From Fibrobacteria bacterium (GTDB lineage: Bacteria > Fibrobacterota > Fibrobacteria > UBA5070), in assembly GCA_035352895.1 (NCBI GenBank), contig DAOPYN010000010.1, positions 24,188 through 88,187 on the forward strand: a stretch of 64,000 nt of DNA. Reading direction: 5' to 3'. Of the stretch, positions 26,281 through 38,322 are shown piece after piece. Both the position numbers and the translations under genes were made by a program. How positions within the stretch are numbered: the first letter of the stretch is position 1; each line of letters starts with the position of its first letter. Under the pieces are notes generated by a model. That model did no database searches. It saw only the letters and a list, made by a program, of their open reading frames with translations, and was not told the origin of the DNA.

Positions 26281-27834
26281 TCACAGAGGAATGTTTCCGT
26301 GCTTCTTGGGGGGGCGGGTTTCGCGCTTGGAGAGCGTGTTCCGCAGGGCCAATGCCACCGTGGGACGGCTCATGGCCGGCTCGATGACGTCGGTGATCAT
26401 GTTGTTCTCCGCGGCCTGCCAGGGCGAGGCGAACTTGTCGCGGTACTGGCTGACCAGTGCCGCGGCTTTGGCCTTGGGATCGGAAGCGGCCTTGATCTCC
26501 TTGCCGAAGAGCACGTTCACGGCACCGTCGGCGCCCATCACGGCGATCTCGGCGGTGGGCCAGGCGAAGACCATGTCGGCGCCCATGTCCTTGGAGCACA
26601 TGGCCAGGTACGCGCCGCCGTATGCCTTGCGGAGGATCAAGGTGATCTTGGGCACCGTGGCCGCCGCGTAGGCGAACAGCATCTTGGCGCCGTGGCGGAT
26701 GATGCCGCCGCGTTCCTGGGCCACGCCGGGCAGGAATCCGGGAACGTCCACCAAGGTGACGATGGGGATGTTGAACGCGTTGAGGAACCGGATGAACCGG
26801 GCCGCCTTGTCGGAGGCGTCGATGTCCAGGGTTCCGGCCTTCATCATCGGTTGGTTGGCGACGATGCCCACCACCACGCCCTCGATGCGGGCGAAGCCGA
26901 TGATGATGTTGCGCGCCCAGTCCTTCTGGACCTCGAAGAGGTGTCCGTCGTCGACCAGGCGTTCGATCACCGTGTACACGTCCAGCGGCGCCTTGGCGTC
27001 CTCGGGGACCAGGTCGTTCATGCCCAGGTCCGGCGACATGGAAATGCGCGACGTGGGCCTGTGCGGCGGGTCGTCCAGGTTGTTGGACGGCAGGTACGAC
27101 AGAAGCTCCTGGCAGAGCTGGATGGCGTGTTCGTCGGAGTCGGCGATGAAGTGGATGTTGCCGGACACCGAGCCGTGGGCGTCGGCGGATCCGATGTCGT
27201 CCATGGTGCAAACCTGGCCGGTGACCGCCTTGATCACGTCCGGGCCGCAGATGAACATGTTGGCCTGGCCGCGGATCATGATGAGGAAGTCCATCAGGGC
27301 GGGCGAATAGGCCGCGCCACCGGCGCAGGGTCCGGCGATCAACGAGATCTGCGGCACCAGACCGGAAGCCTCGACGTTGTGGTGGAACACACGTCCGTAA
27401 CCGGAGAGGGAATCCACCCCTTCCTGGATGCGCGCGCCGCCCGAGTCGTTGACCACCACGATGGGCATCCCGCCCTGCATCGCGTAGTCCATGAGGTCGC
27501 AGATCTTCTGGGCGTGCATCTTGCCCAAGCTGCCGCCGGCCACGGTGAAGTCCTGGCTCACCACCGAGACGGGGCGACCGCCCACGTAGCCCACGCCGGT
27601 GATCACGGCGTCGGCGGCCATGTACTTGCCGGACAGGCCGAAGTCGTGGGCGTGGTGCTGCACATGGGCACCGAATTCCTGGAACGTGTCGGCTTCGAAG
27701 AGGCGTTCCACGCGGTCGCGGGCGGTCATCAACCCCTTCGTGCGGCGGGCTTCGAGCTTGTCCTTGCCGCCACCGGCCAGGACCTTGGCGCGCCGTTCGG
27801 CGAGTTCTTCCAACAATGCCTTGTCAATTGCCAT
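26281..27834 (-). CDS. pccB: propionyl-CoA carboxylase beta chain / methylmalonyl-CoA carboxyltransferase (12S-type)
   Basis: MAIDKALLEELAERRAKVLAGGG... with both carboxyltransferase N and C halves. Start ATG 27834; the ORF-track extension upstream is unlikely. Confidence 0.9.
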   Translation of the reverse strand: MAIDKALLEELAERRAKVLAGGGKDKLEARRTKGLMTARDRVERLFEADTFQEFGAHVQHHAHDFGLSGKYMAADAVITGVGYVGGRPVSVVSQDFTVAGGSLGKMHAQKICDLMDYAMQGGMPIVVVNDSGGARIQEGVDSLSGYGRVFHHNVEASGLVPQISLIAGPCAGGAAYSPALMDFLIMIRGQANMFICGPDVIKAVTGQVCTMDDIGSADAHGSVSGNIHFIADSDEHAIQLCQELLSYLPSNNLDDPPHRPTSRISMSPDLGMNDLVPEDAKAPLDVYTVIERLVDDGHLFEVQKDWARNIIIGFARIEGVVVGIVANQPMMKAGTLDIDASDKAARFIRFLNAFNIPIVTLVDVPGFLPGVAQERGGIIRHGAKMLFAYAAATVPKITLILRKAYGGAYLAMCSKDMGADMVFAWPTAEIAVMGADGAVNVLFGKEIKAASDPKAKAAALVSQYRDKFASPWQAAENNMITDVIEPAMSRPTVALALRNTLSKRETRPPKKHGNIPL

Positions 27835-27850
27835 GGGTGGGGAGTCTCCG

Positions 27851-28255
27851 TTACTTCTTGGGTGCGCAGAATTCCGTGAGGACGCCGCGCGTGGATTTGG
27901 GGTGCAAAAAGGCGATGTCCATTCCGCCGGCACCGGGCCGGGGAGCTTCGTCGATCAGGCGGAGTCCATCTTGCTTGGACTTGGCCAGTTCGCCGACGAG
28001 GTCGTCGGTGCGGAAGGCGACGTGCTGCACGCCTTCGCCGTTCTTCTCGATGTACTTGGCGATGGCGCTCTCTTCCGAGGTGGCCTCCAACAGCTCGATG
28101 TAGACCCCGCCCACCTTCAGGAATGCGGTGCGCACCTTCTGGGACGGCACCTCCTCGATGAGTTCGCACTTGACGCCGAGCATCTTCTCCCACAAGGGGA
28201 TGGCCTCGTCCAGGCTCTTCACCGCGATTCCAAGGTGGTCGATCTGCTTGATCAT
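27851..28255 (-). CDS. mce: methylmalonyl-CoA epimerase (glyoxalase/VOC family)
   Basis: [27 protein letters not shown]...HVAFRTDD...[19 protein letters not shown], 134 aa. ATG 28255. Confidence 0.85.
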   Translation of the reverse strand: MIKQIDHLGIAVKSLDEAIPLWEKMLGVKCELIEEVPSQKVRTAFLKVGGVYIELLEATSEESAIAKYIEKNGEGVQHVAFRTDDLVGELAKSKQDGLRLIDEAPRPGAGGMDIAFLHPKSTRGVLTEFCAPKK

Positions 28256-28446
28256 GTCGTTCCTCCCGATGCCTTCGGCCCTCAGGTGATTTCCATCAAT
28301 TGGCCGACTGCAGAAACCTTGGTGGAGAAAACTGGATTTACATGTCCTCTTTAACAAGGGAAAAACCACCTTCGCGAGTTTCCATCCAGGTGAAACACCG
28401 ATGGAATGGGCTTGCGAATCGCTCGGCACAAATCTAGCTTGTATGG

Positions 28447-30084
28447 ATGGATATCCAACCGACAACAACCGTCGGATTCGACAATTTGCCGATTCCGGCC
28501 ACGCTCGCCAAGCACATCTCCGAGCGTGGAATCACCGAGCCCACCCCGGTCCAGGAAGCGGTCATCCGCAAGATGGTCCCGGAGCTGGGACAACTCCTGG
28601 AAGGCGACCTCCTGGCCCAGGCCCGGACAGGTTCCGGCAAGACGCTTGCCTACCTGCTGCCGGTGGCCGGCGCGCTGGACTCGGGCACCATCTCCCGCGC
28701 CTGGATCGTATGCCCCACCCGCGAGCTGGCCCAACAAGTTGCCCGCGAAGTGGCATGGCTCCTGGGCGAAGCCTGCGTGGCCACGCTGGTGGGCGGCGCA
28801 CCCTTCGGCCCCCAGCTTCGCGAACTGCGCGGTCAGCCACCCGTGGTGGTGGGCACGCCGGGCCGCATGGCCGACCACCTGCGCCAGGAGACCCTCGAAG
28901 TGGAATGCGACGTGCTGATCCTGGACGAAGCCGACCGCATGCTGGACCTCGGCTTCAAGGAGGAACTGGACCAGGTGGTGGGAGCCGCCGGCGAGGATTC
29001 CGCCAGATGGTTCTTCTCCGCGACCTACGAAGGACGCGTGCAGGCCGCCGCGGGCGACTGGCTGCGGTCCCCCACCCAGATCCGCCTGGACGCGGGCAAG
29101 GGCTCCAGCCACGTGCCGCAGAGCTACGTGATCGCGCCCTACGCTCGTCGCGAAGAGGCTCTGGGACGGCTGGTGGACATGCTCGAGCCCACACGGGCCA
29201 TCGTGTTCGTCCGCACGCGCGTCGAGGTGGAGCAGGTGGTGCAGGGGCTCCTGCGCCACGGGATCCACGCGGAGGGGCTTTCCGGCGATCTCGCCCAGGT
29301 GGCCCGCGAACGGGCGCTCTCGCGCTTCCGCGAAGGCCGGGTGACCCTGCTGGTGGCCACCGACGTGGCCGCCCGCGGACTGGACGTTCCCGGAATCACC
29401 CACGTGTTCAACCTGGGCCTTCCCGACGACCTTTCCAACTTCATCCACCGCGTGGGCCGCACCGCGCGCGCCGGAGCGGAAGGCGAAGCCTGGAGCGTCC
29501 TGGCCCCGCAGGAGCGCGGACGTTTCCTGTCCATCAGCAGGCAGTCCGAGTACAAGCCGGAGCAGAGACAGATTCCGACCAGCCGCGAGCTCACCGACAA
29601 GCGCAGGGAACGGCTGGCCCAGCGGGTGATGGAAAGCCTGGGAGAGGGTCTGGAGCTTCCCGAAAGCTTCAAGCCCCTGATCGAGGAGCACGGTGCCGAG
29701 GCGGTCCTGGCCGCCCTGGTGCACAAGCTGGTTCCGGAGCCGCCTCCGGAGGAGCCGCGTCGGCCGCAGCGTTCCGAGGCTCGGGAACGCGTCCAGGGCG
29801 ACCGCCCCGAGCGCCCACGCCACCCCGCCCATCGCGGGCGCGAAGGGGTGTGGCTGGCCTTCAGCCTGGGCACCGACGACGGGATCGAGGTCCGCAACCT
29901 GGTTCCGTTCGTGTGCCGGGCCGCCGACATCCCCAGTTCCGAACTGGGCCGCATCGAGATGATGCCGAGGTTGTCGCTGGTGGAAACCACCCCGGAAGCG
30001 GCCGAGCTCCTGCTCAAGCTCAAGCTCAAGTGGCAGCGCAGGCCGATCCGGATCCGGGAAGCGGATCCGCCCAGGCGCCTCTGA
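28447..30084 (+). CDS. deaD: DEAD-box ATP-dependent RNA helicase (DeaD/CsdA-like with DbpA-type C-terminal RNA-binding domain)
   Basis: Q-motif, [27 protein letters not shown], and a C-terminal domain ...[22 protein letters not shown].... Confidence 0.9.
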   Translation: MDIQPTTTVGFDNLPIPATLAKHISERGITEPTPVQEAVIRKMVPELGQLLEGDLLAQARTGSGKTLAYLLPVAGALDSGTISRAWIVCPTRELAQQVAREVAWLLGEACVATLVGGAPFGPQLRELRGQPPVVVGTPGRMADHLRQETLEVECDVLILDEADRMLDLGFKEELDQVVGAAGEDSARWFFSATYEGRVQAAAGDWLRSPTQIRLDAGKGSSHVPQSYVIAPYARREEALGRLVDMLEPTRAIVFVRTRVEVEQVVQGLLRHGIHAEGLSGDLAQVARERALSRFREGRVTLLVATDVAARGLDVPGITHVFNLGLPDDLSNFIHRVGRTARAGAEGEAWSVLAPQERGRFLSISRQSEYKPEQRQIPTSRELTDKRRERLAQRVMESLGEGLELPESFKPLIEEHGAEAVLAALVHKLVPEPPPEEPRRPQRSEARERVQGDRPERPRHPAHRGREGVWLAFSLGTDDGIEVRNLVPFVCRAADIPSSELGRIEMMPRLSLVETTPEAAELLLKLKLKWQRRPIRIREADPPRRL

Positions 30085-30141
30085 GGCGCTTTCCCGGATT
30101 CCGCGGCAAAAACCGGGGCGAGGCGTCATCTTCTCCGTGAG

Positions 30142-31014
30142 ATGCCTTTCCCCACCGCCTTCCGATCCATCCTCTCCACCGCCGCCCTCTGGCTGGCCTG
30201 CCTCGCCCCGGCCGCGGCTTGCCGGAACCTGGTCCCCTTCCTGCGGGAACTCCAAGCCGAGCATCGTCCCTCCCTGTTGCGCACGCTGGGCCCCGACGTG
30301 AGCCGGATCAGCAGGAGCCTGGGATTTCGCCAGGACGATTCGGCCACGACCGAGGCGATCCTGGCTCCCTTGTTCCTCCACCACCTGCTGACCACGACCG
30401 CTCCCGTGGACGGCCAGCGCGGAGGCGTGCTGGAAACGGTGTACTTCTGGCATTGGATCTCCCCCAATCCCCGGCACCGGATCCGGATGCTCCCCGATTC
30501 GAGCCTCCTGACGGCGCATCGTCCCCATCCGCGCCACCCGAGCTACCGCACCTTCGCCGACATGGACCGGACTCCCGACCTGTTCCTGTCCGACCTGGTC
30601 TCCGAGGAGCCTAGGTACAACCACCCGGAGTTCGGGACGTTCACCACCTTCGGGTGGTGCAGCGAGCGGGAGATGGCCTACGCCCTGATCCTGCGACGGA
30701 TGGGCTACCTCGCCAAGATCCGCTTCCAGGGCAACCACGTCTGGACCGAAGTCCTGATCCAAGGTGCCACGAAGGACGGTTCCTCGGGATCCGGGGTGCT
30801 GGTGGTGGACAACACGTTCGCAAGCGCGGAGCCCGCCCCCCTGCGGCAGCCGGTCGCCGCCTGGCTTTCGGACGTCGGTCGGGGACGCGATGTCGTGTCG
30901 ATGAACGCGAAGGCGGGAGCCTCCGCCCAGGTCCGGTTCGTGGACAGCCTGCAGGTGGGGCCCAAGGCGACGTCCCGCATCCGGGGATTGGTGGTCGGCT
31001 GGCTCGTAAGATGA
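30142..31014 (+). CDS. secreted transglutaminase-like (Cys-His-Asp) superfamily protein
   Basis: Signal peptide, then FGWCSEREMAYALILRRMGYLAKIRFQGNHVWTEV...VVDNT, which resembles the transglutaminase-like cysteine protease core. Confidence 0.45.
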   Translation: MPFPTAFRSILSTAALWLACLAPAAACRNLVPFLRELQAEHRPSLLRTLGPDVSRISRSLGFRQDDSATTEAILAPLFLHHLLTTTAPVDGQRGGVLETVYFWHWISPNPRHRIRMLPDSSLLTAHRPHPRHPSYRTFADMDRTPDLFLSDLVSEEPRYNHPEFGTFTTFGWCSEREMAYALILRRMGYLAKIRFQGNHVWTEVLIQGATKDGSSGSGVLVVDNTFASAEPAPLRQPVAAWLSDVGRGRDVVSMNAKAGASAQVRFVDSLQVGPKATSRIRGLVVGWLVR

Positions 31015-31051
31015 CCGCGAGCGTCCCTGCGCGCCTTTCCGGCGGGAGCTC

Positions 31052-31609
31052 CTAGAACACCCAGCCGCCGGAAATCGTCACCTCGGGTCCGCCCAGCTCG
31101 AGGACGCGGGCGATCCTGTCGGTGGAGCGGTCGCGCATCCCGGAAAGCCACCGGGATCCGCCACCGGAGAGCACCAGCCCCCAGCCCGTGCCCGCCAGCA
31201 ACCGGAAATCGCCAAGCGACCAGCGGACTCCCGCACGAGGCGCGAGGAGGATCCCTCCATCCATGCGATACATGGCGGTATCCGACGCGTTGCCGGTCTC
31301 GGAGTCGATCGTGACTTCGTCCATGCCCTGCACGTTCGCCAGCGCGAGTCCCAAAAACGGCGCGAAGGAACGGAGGACCGGGAAGCACCGCCGGACCTGG
31401 ATCCCGTAGCTGAATCCGGCCATTCCCAGCCCCCCTCCGATCCCGAGCAGAGTCCCGCCCCCCAGATCCACGGAGTATTCCAAGGAATTACCGAAGGGAT
31501 GGCCCCACCCCAGGTTCACGTCCACCTCCTGGGTGTGCGGCGGCTCTTCGGCGGCGGCGGCGGTTGCGACACAAATCGTCATCATCAGGAAGGCGAGGAG
31601 GTTCTTCAT
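31052..31609 (-). CDS. small outer-membrane beta-barrel protein (OmpW/OmpA-like)
   Basis: Signal peptide MKNLLAFLMMTICVATAAAA, Gly-rich alternating beta-strand pattern, and C-terminal ...ISGGWVF aromatic terminus. Confidence 0.55.
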   Translation of the reverse strand: MKNLLAFLMMTICVATAAAAEEPPHTQEVDVNLGWGHPFGNSLEYSVDLGGGTLLGIGGGLGMAGFSYGIQVRRCFPVLRSFAPFLGLALANVQGMDEVTIDSETGNASDTAMYRMDGGILLAPRAGVRWSLGDFRLLAGTGWGLVLSGGGSRWLSGMRDRSTDRIARVLELGGPEVTISGGWVF

Positions 31610-31644
31610 GGATCGGTCTCTCGGTGGGGTCGGGAACGGGACGA

Positions 31645-32030
<386 letters not shown>

Positions 32031-32050
32031 CGCGTGGGGGCCAAGATAGC

Positions 32051-33166
32051 TCAGGAACCCACGCAACGGCGCAGGATCCCGCACGCGGAATCCACTTCCG
32101 CCCCATCCACCGCGTGCCCCACCGAGATCCGCAGACCCCGTTGCGCCTCGTCCTCGGTCCAGCCCATCGCCACAAGCACCGGGGAGGGCCGCAGCGAGCC
32201 CGAGGCGCAGGCGCTGCCCGCCGAAACAGCCACCCCGGAGAGGTCGAGCCGTTGCACGAGGGTTTCCGCACGGCGGGAGGTCTTGAGATGCAGCGTGTTG
32301 GCCAGCGAATCCTCCGGTGGGCAGGTGCGCTCCACTCCAGGGAGATCCGCTACGGCATTCCAGAGCATTTCGCGCCAGACGGGCCATGGATCCTTGGCGG
32401 AGGGATCCTCCATCCACGCGCGCGCGGTTTCGCCCAGGCTCGCGATGGCCAGCGTGGACTCCGTTCCGGCCCGGCGGCCACGCTCCTGCGCGCCCCCTTC
32501 CCACAATCCGTGGAACCCGGCAGAGTCGGAAAGCCACAAGGCACCGGCACCTGCGAGAGCACCCATCTTGTGTCCGGACCAGCAGGCGGATCCCACGGCG
32601 ATCCGCCCCAGGGGAAGCTCCTCCCGAAGCCAGCTCTGGGTGGCATCCACGTGCAGGGGAATCCCCCTGGCCGCGCAGGCGTCCGCCCAGACCATCCACG
32701 GCAGACGCCGGCCGGTTTCGTTGTTGGCGCTCATGCACACGCACAGGCAGACTTCGTCGCCGATCGCCTGGGCGATCCAATCCGGGTCCATGGTTCCGGT
32801 CCGATCCACCGGCGCCCACACCACCTGGAATCCCTTCCGCTGCCAGGCCTGGAGGTTCTCGCGCACGGAAGGATGCTCCACCGCGGAAGCGAGGATGGTC
32901 CTGCGCGCACCGGCTTTTCCCAGCCAGTGGGCGATGGCGGACGCATTGGCCTCGCTCGCCCCGGAAAGGAAGGTGATCCGGCCCGTGGCCTGACCCACCG
33001 AGATGGCCACCTGCTCGCGGGCGCGCTCCACCAGCTCGCGCGCGGTCCGCCCCGCCGCGTGGGGGCTGGATGGATTGGACCAATCCCGCGTTCCGACCAG
33101 ATCGACGAGGAAGGAGGATACGCGCGGATGCAGGGGCGCACCCGCGTTGTGGTCCAGGAAGATCAG
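32051..33166 (-). CDS. cysteine desulfurase (NifS/IscS family, class V aminotransferase)
   Basis: SGHKMGALAGAGALW (PLP lysine) and SAGSACASGS (active-site Cys). The conserved N-terminus LIFLDHNAGAPLHP... continues upstream of the ORF-track GTG at 33031 to a CTG/ATC that overlaps the MBL gene stop, and a GGAGG lies 7 nt upstream. The start is non-canonical or uncertain. Confidence 0.8.
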   Translation of the reverse strand: MIFLDHNAGAPLHPRVSSFLVDLVGTRDWSNPSSPHAAGRTARELVERAREQVAISVGQATGRITFLSGASEANASAIAHWLGKAGARRTILASAVEHPSVRENLQAWQRKGFQVVWAPVDRTGTMDPDWIAQAIGDEVCLCVCMSANNETGRRLPWMVWADACAARGIPLHVDATQSWLREELPLGRIAVGSACWSGHKMGALAGAGALWLSDSAGFHGLWEGGAQERGRRAGTESTLAIASLGETARAWMEDPSAKDPWPVWREMLWNAVADLPGVERTCPPEDSLANTLHLKTSRRAETLVQRLDLSGVAVSAGSACASGSLRPSPVLVAMGWTEDEAQRGLRISVGHAVDGAEVDSACGILRRCVGS

Positions 33167-33945
33167 TCCTCGACCTCCAGGACCAGTCCGTCCCAGGCGG
33201 GACGGATTCCGTCAGGAAATCTGCGGAGCATCCCCTGGTGCGTGATCCGGTGGGCGAAGTGCGTGAACCAGGTACGCTTGGCACCCACGCGCCGAGCCAG
33301 GTCGATCGCCTGGTCGAAGGAAAGGTGCGTGGGATGGGTCTCCTCCCGCAGCGCGGACAACACCAGGGTGTCCAGGCCCTCCAGCAGTTCGAACGAGGAC
33401 TCCGGAATGGTGGAGACGTCGGTGAGATAGGCGAGGTTCCCGATCCGGAAACCCGTGCAGGGAAGCTTGCCGTGGAAGATCGGGATGGGAACGATCCTGC
33501 GGCCGAGGGTGTGGAACGGACCATCGATCTCCAGGGGGACCAAAAGCGGATGGCTCACTCCGGAGGGATCCACTTCCGACCGGAAGGCGTAGGAGAACCT
33601 GGATACGGATTCGGCCAGGGTCTGGGCATTGCCCCGGACGGGCAACGCCTTGGGTTTTCCCTGGTGGTGGCAGAACACCCGGAGATCGTCGATTCCGTTG
33701 GTGTGATCGGCATGGCTGTGGGTGAGCCACACCTCGTCCACGTTCCGCAGGCCCGCGCGAAGCGCCTGGGTGCGGAGATCCGGTCCGGCATCCACCAGGA
33801 CCTTGTGATCGTCCCAGCCGACCAGCACCGAGGAACGCAATCGCTGGTCCAACGGATCCAACGACCCGCAGGCGACGCAATCGCAGCCGACGATGGGTAT
33901 GCCGAAGGAGCCGCCCGTGCCCAGGAATCGAAGATGGATGCTCAT
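33163..33945 (-). CDS. MBL-fold metallo-hydrolase (PhnP/RNase Z-like)
   Basis: THSHADH motif, LGTGGS, and additional His/Asp ligands. 260 aa. Confidence 0.8.
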   Translation of the reverse strand: MSIHLRFLGTGGSFGIPIVGCDCVACGSLDPLDQRLRSSVLVGWDDHKVLVDAGPDLRTQALRAGLRNVDEVWLTHSHADHTNGIDDLRVFCHHQGKPKALPVRGNAQTLAESVSRFSYAFRSEVDPSGVSHPLLVPLEIDGPFHTLGRRIVPIPIFHGKLPCTGFRIGNLAYLTDVSTIPESSFELLEGLDTLVLSALREETHPTHLSFDQAIDLARRVGAKRTWFTHFAHRITHQGMLRRFPDGIRPAWDGLVLEVED

Positions 33946-33998
33946 GGAAGGAGTAGGAATCTAGATGCCGGAAGCCATGCGGAGTGGTAACATGGGGC

Positions 33999-34565
33999 AT
34001 GGAGTTCAGATTGGACCGCCCCGAAGCCGTGCAGTGCGTGGAATGCGGACGTTTCCGGGTATCCGGAACGTGGTCGCACAACCACCTCTTCCGGGCCGAG
34101 GTCGTCACCCACACGATCTGTCCTTCCTGCCAGCCCTCCATGCTGGACCACCTGCGATGGGACATCGAATTCCCCACCTGGCCGTTGGAGAAGCAGCTGG
34201 AAGCCGTGCGCCTGCGCGTGCGGCACATCCCCATGGACATGGACATGGTCCTGGACAAGATCCAGGGGCTGCCCATCGATCCGGAGGATCTTCCCGCCTT
34301 CCTGGACCAGGTGAGACCCTATCTGGCCGAACGGATCTGCAAGTACTGCAAGCTGCCCATCGAACCCACCGATCCCGTTTCCGAACGGGCCGGTTACGTC
34401 CTGCACGAATCCTGCGCCAGGACCCTCACGGACTCGCTGCACATCCTGGTGGAGATGGAACCCCCTCCTCGCCACCTGGACGCCTACATGGACATCGCCA
34501 GGATTCCCCATGGCGTGCGCGCGGGAGTGCGCAAGGACATCGAATCGTCGTTCCTGGTCGCATGA
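33999..34565 (+). CDS. hypothetical zinc-ribbon protein
   Basis: MEFRLDRPEAVQCVECGRF...ICPSCQ...CKYCK...HESC gives two CxxC pairs. GC3-rich codon usage. A GGAGTGG RBS lies upstream of ATG 33999. Confidence 0.5.
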   Translation: MEFRLDRPEAVQCVECGRFRVSGTWSHNHLFRAEVVTHTICPSCQPSMLDHLRWDIEFPTWPLEKQLEAVRLRVRHIPMDMDMVLDKIQGLPIDPEDLPAFLDQVRPYLAERICKYCKLPIEPTDPVSERAGYVLHESCARTLTDSLHILVEMEPPPRHLDAYMDIARIPHGVRAGVRKDIESSFLVA

Positions 34566-34600
34566 CGTAGGGACGCAAGATATTGCGTCCCTACGTCATG
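34561..34600. terminator. perfect 40-nt palindrome (17-bp stem, 6-nt loop) between convergent genes
   Basis: catgacgtagggacgcaAGATATtgcgtccctacgtcatg. No T-tract follows. It could act as a bidirectional terminator or as a protein-binding site. Confidence 0.5.
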
Positions 34601-34625
34601 CGACCCTACGTTGTAGCCGGGAACG

Positions 34626-35366
34626 CTATTCCTTGAACGGGTCCCGCTCCGCTGCGGCGGAATCCGACGAGGATGGTTTGGCGGCGGAGGAGTCCTTGTC
34701 CCAAGGACGGCCTTCCGCCGAATCGCGCAGGCTGTTCCACTTCACCCAGGGATCGGAGAGATCCGCCTTGGGATCGAACTTGGCCCGACTCCAGGAGCCG
34801 TCCTTGCGGAAGGTGACTTCTTCACCCTGCAGCAGCCTGACCCACTCGGCAAGACTGACCTCGCGGGGGCCGGACACCTCGCCCTTGGCCCGCAGGAGAC
34901 TGTCGGTCCGGATGGATCCCACATCGACCCCACCCTCGTAGAGACGCACGCGCGAAGTGGAATCGGTCGCGCCCACGGCGAACACCGTCCCGCGCACCGC
35001 GGCCACGGCCGTGGGCGTGCGCACTCCGAATCCGGTTCCACCGCTGCCGACCTTCCGGACGTTCGCCCAGATCCTGCCTGCCTGGAGAGCCGGTTCGGGA
35101 GTGGCCTTGCCGCGCAAAGCCAGCACCAAGCGGGAATGCTCCTCCAAGCGGACCAGGGTGTTGTCCGGGTAGCGAAGCTCGGCGCGGGATGCCTTGGACA
35201 TGCCCAGGGTGTCCCCGACCTTGCACTGGAGCCCCACTCCAAGGGGAATCTTCTGTTTTCCACGCACCAGATGCCCGGAACCCACGAGGTAGGAAACCTT
35301 GGGTCCTTCCTGCGCGAAGGCGCCCAGGAGCGGAAGAAGGAGACAGACCAGCGCGCGGGACACCAT
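34626..35366 (-). CDS. secreted FecR-domain protein
   Basis: Signal peptide MVSRALVCLLLPLLGAFAQ. FecR-like core ...RTPTAVAAVRGTVFAVG.... GGAGG RBS. It is the last gene of the long minus-strand operon. Confidence 0.65.
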   Translation of the reverse strand: MVSRALVCLLLPLLGAFAQEGPKVSYLVGSGHLVRGKQKIPLGVGLQCKVGDTLGMSKASRAELRYPDNTLVRLEEHSRLVLALRGKATPEPALQAGRIWANVRKVGSGGTGFGVRTPTAVAAVRGTVFAVGATDSTSRVRLYEGGVDVGSIRTDSLLRAKGEVSGPREVSLAEWVRLLQGEEVTFRKDGSWSRAKFDPKADLSDPWVKWNSLRDSAEGRPWDKDSSAAKPSSSDSAAAERDPFKE

Positions 35367-35368
35367 CG

Positions 35369-36717
<1,349 letters not shown>

Positions 36718-36718
<1 letters not shown>

Positions 36719-37815
36719 CAGGTCATCCAGCTCCGGTCGGAGGCACCTTCCACGCCGCGCAGCTTGAGCTCGAAGTCGGCTGGATTCGACGCGCTGCGAA
36801 GGGCCACTTCGTACGAGATCACGTCGTCGGTGAAGAGTTTGAAGATGGACTGGTCGAACGACTGGCTTCCGTACTGGGCGGTGCCCTCGCGGATCGCCGG
36901 TTCGATCATGTGCGTCATCTCGGGATTGATGAGGTAGTCGTGGATGGTGGCGTTGTTCACCAGGATCTCGGCGGCGGGAACACGGCCCTGGCGGTCCTTG
37001 CGCGGGAGAAGCCGCAGGGAGATGATCGCCACCAGGGTGTTGGCCAGAAGCAGCCGCACCTGCTGGTGCTGGTGGGGCGGGTAGAACGACACGATGCGCG
37101 AGATGGTCTCGGTGGCGTTCATGGTGTGGAGCGTGCTCATCACCAGGTGGCCGGTGTCGGCCGCCTGCAGCGCGATGTGCATGGTCTCCTGGTCGCGGAT
37201 TTCGCCGATCAGGATGGTGTCGGGATCCTCGCGGAAGCTCGCGCGCAGCGCGTTGGGGAAGTGGTGGGTGTCGTATCCCACTTCGCGCTGGCTGATGATG
37301 GACCGCTTGTCGCGGTACAGGAATTCGATGGGGTCCTCGACGGTGATGATGTTCGAGGAAGTCATCTCGTTGATGTGGTCGATCATGGAGGCGAGCGTGG
37401 TGGACTTGCCCGACCCGGTGGTCCCGGTGACCAGGATGAGGCCCCGCTCCTTGAGGGCCAGATCGCGGACGATTTCCGGCAACCCGAGCCCCTCGAAGGA
37501 GGGAATGGTCTGGGTGATGTGCCGGATGGCCAGAGCCGGAGTGCCTCGCTGGCGGAACGCGTTGACGCGGAATCGCCCCAATCCCCGCACGCCCACCGCG
37601 AAGTCCAGTTCCAGTTCGGAATCGAACCTCGCACGCTGGTTGCGGTTCATGATCACGCCCAGGTAGCTTTCCATGCCTTCCGGACTCACGCGCTCGGTCT
37701 GCAGGCGGAACAGGTCTCCGTTGATGCGCAGGGCCGGCGGGACCCCGACGCGAAGGTGCAGGTCGGACGCGCCGCGGTCCACCATCTCCTTGAAGAGCTG
37801 TTCGATGGTCATCAC
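36718..37815 (-). CDS. pilT: type IV pilus retraction ATPase PilT
   Basis: 365 aa with Walker [10 protein letters not shown], Asp box, Walker B, His box and the PilT signature ...[18 protein letters not shown].... It lies between accB and accC. Confidence 0.9.
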
Positions 37816-37816
37816 G

Positions 37817-38302
37817 TCAGGCTGGCCTGATCAGGAAGAGCACCGTTCCGAACTCGACGGGAGTCTCGTTGGCGACGCAGACCTTGACCACGGTGCCGGA
37901 AACCTCCGCTTCGATCTCGTTCATGAGCTTCATCGCCTCGACGATGCACACGGTCTTGCCCTTCTCCACGCGACCGCCCTCCTCGACGAAGGCGGGAGAA
38001 TCCGGCGAGGCGGAGCGGTAGAAGGTGCCCACCATGGGGCTCGTGATCTCCACCAGACCGGCTTCCGTTGCGGCTGGTGCGGCAGCGACAGGCGTCGGCC
38101 CAGGGACGACCGGTGCGCTCGGAACGGAGACCGGTGCGGCCACCTGGACCGGTGCGGCGGCCATGTGCACCACGGCGGGCCCTGGCTTCTTCAGGAGCAG
38201 GCGCTCCCCTTCGCCGGACCATTGCAGCTCGGAGAGGGAGGATCTGTCCAGGAGTTCGATCAGCCGACCGATGTCGTCGACGTTCATTCTGTTCCTTTCC
38301 AT
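37817..38302 (-). CDS. accB: acetyl-CoA carboxylase biotin carboxyl carrier protein
   Basis: Ala/Pro-rich linker and a biotinyl domain with the [12 protein letters not shown] motif. Alternative start MNVDDIGRL at 38287. Confidence 0.9.
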   Translation of the reverse strand: MERNRMNVDDIGRLIELLDRSSLSELQWSGEGERLLLKKPGPAVVHMAAAPVQVAAPVSVPSAPVVPGPTPVAAAPAATEAGLVEITSPMVGTFYRSASPDSPAFVEEGGRVEKGKTVCIVEAMKLMNEIEAEVSGTVVKVCVANETPVEFGTVLFLIRPA

Positions 38303-38322
38303 GGAATGTCAGGAGCGGAGGC

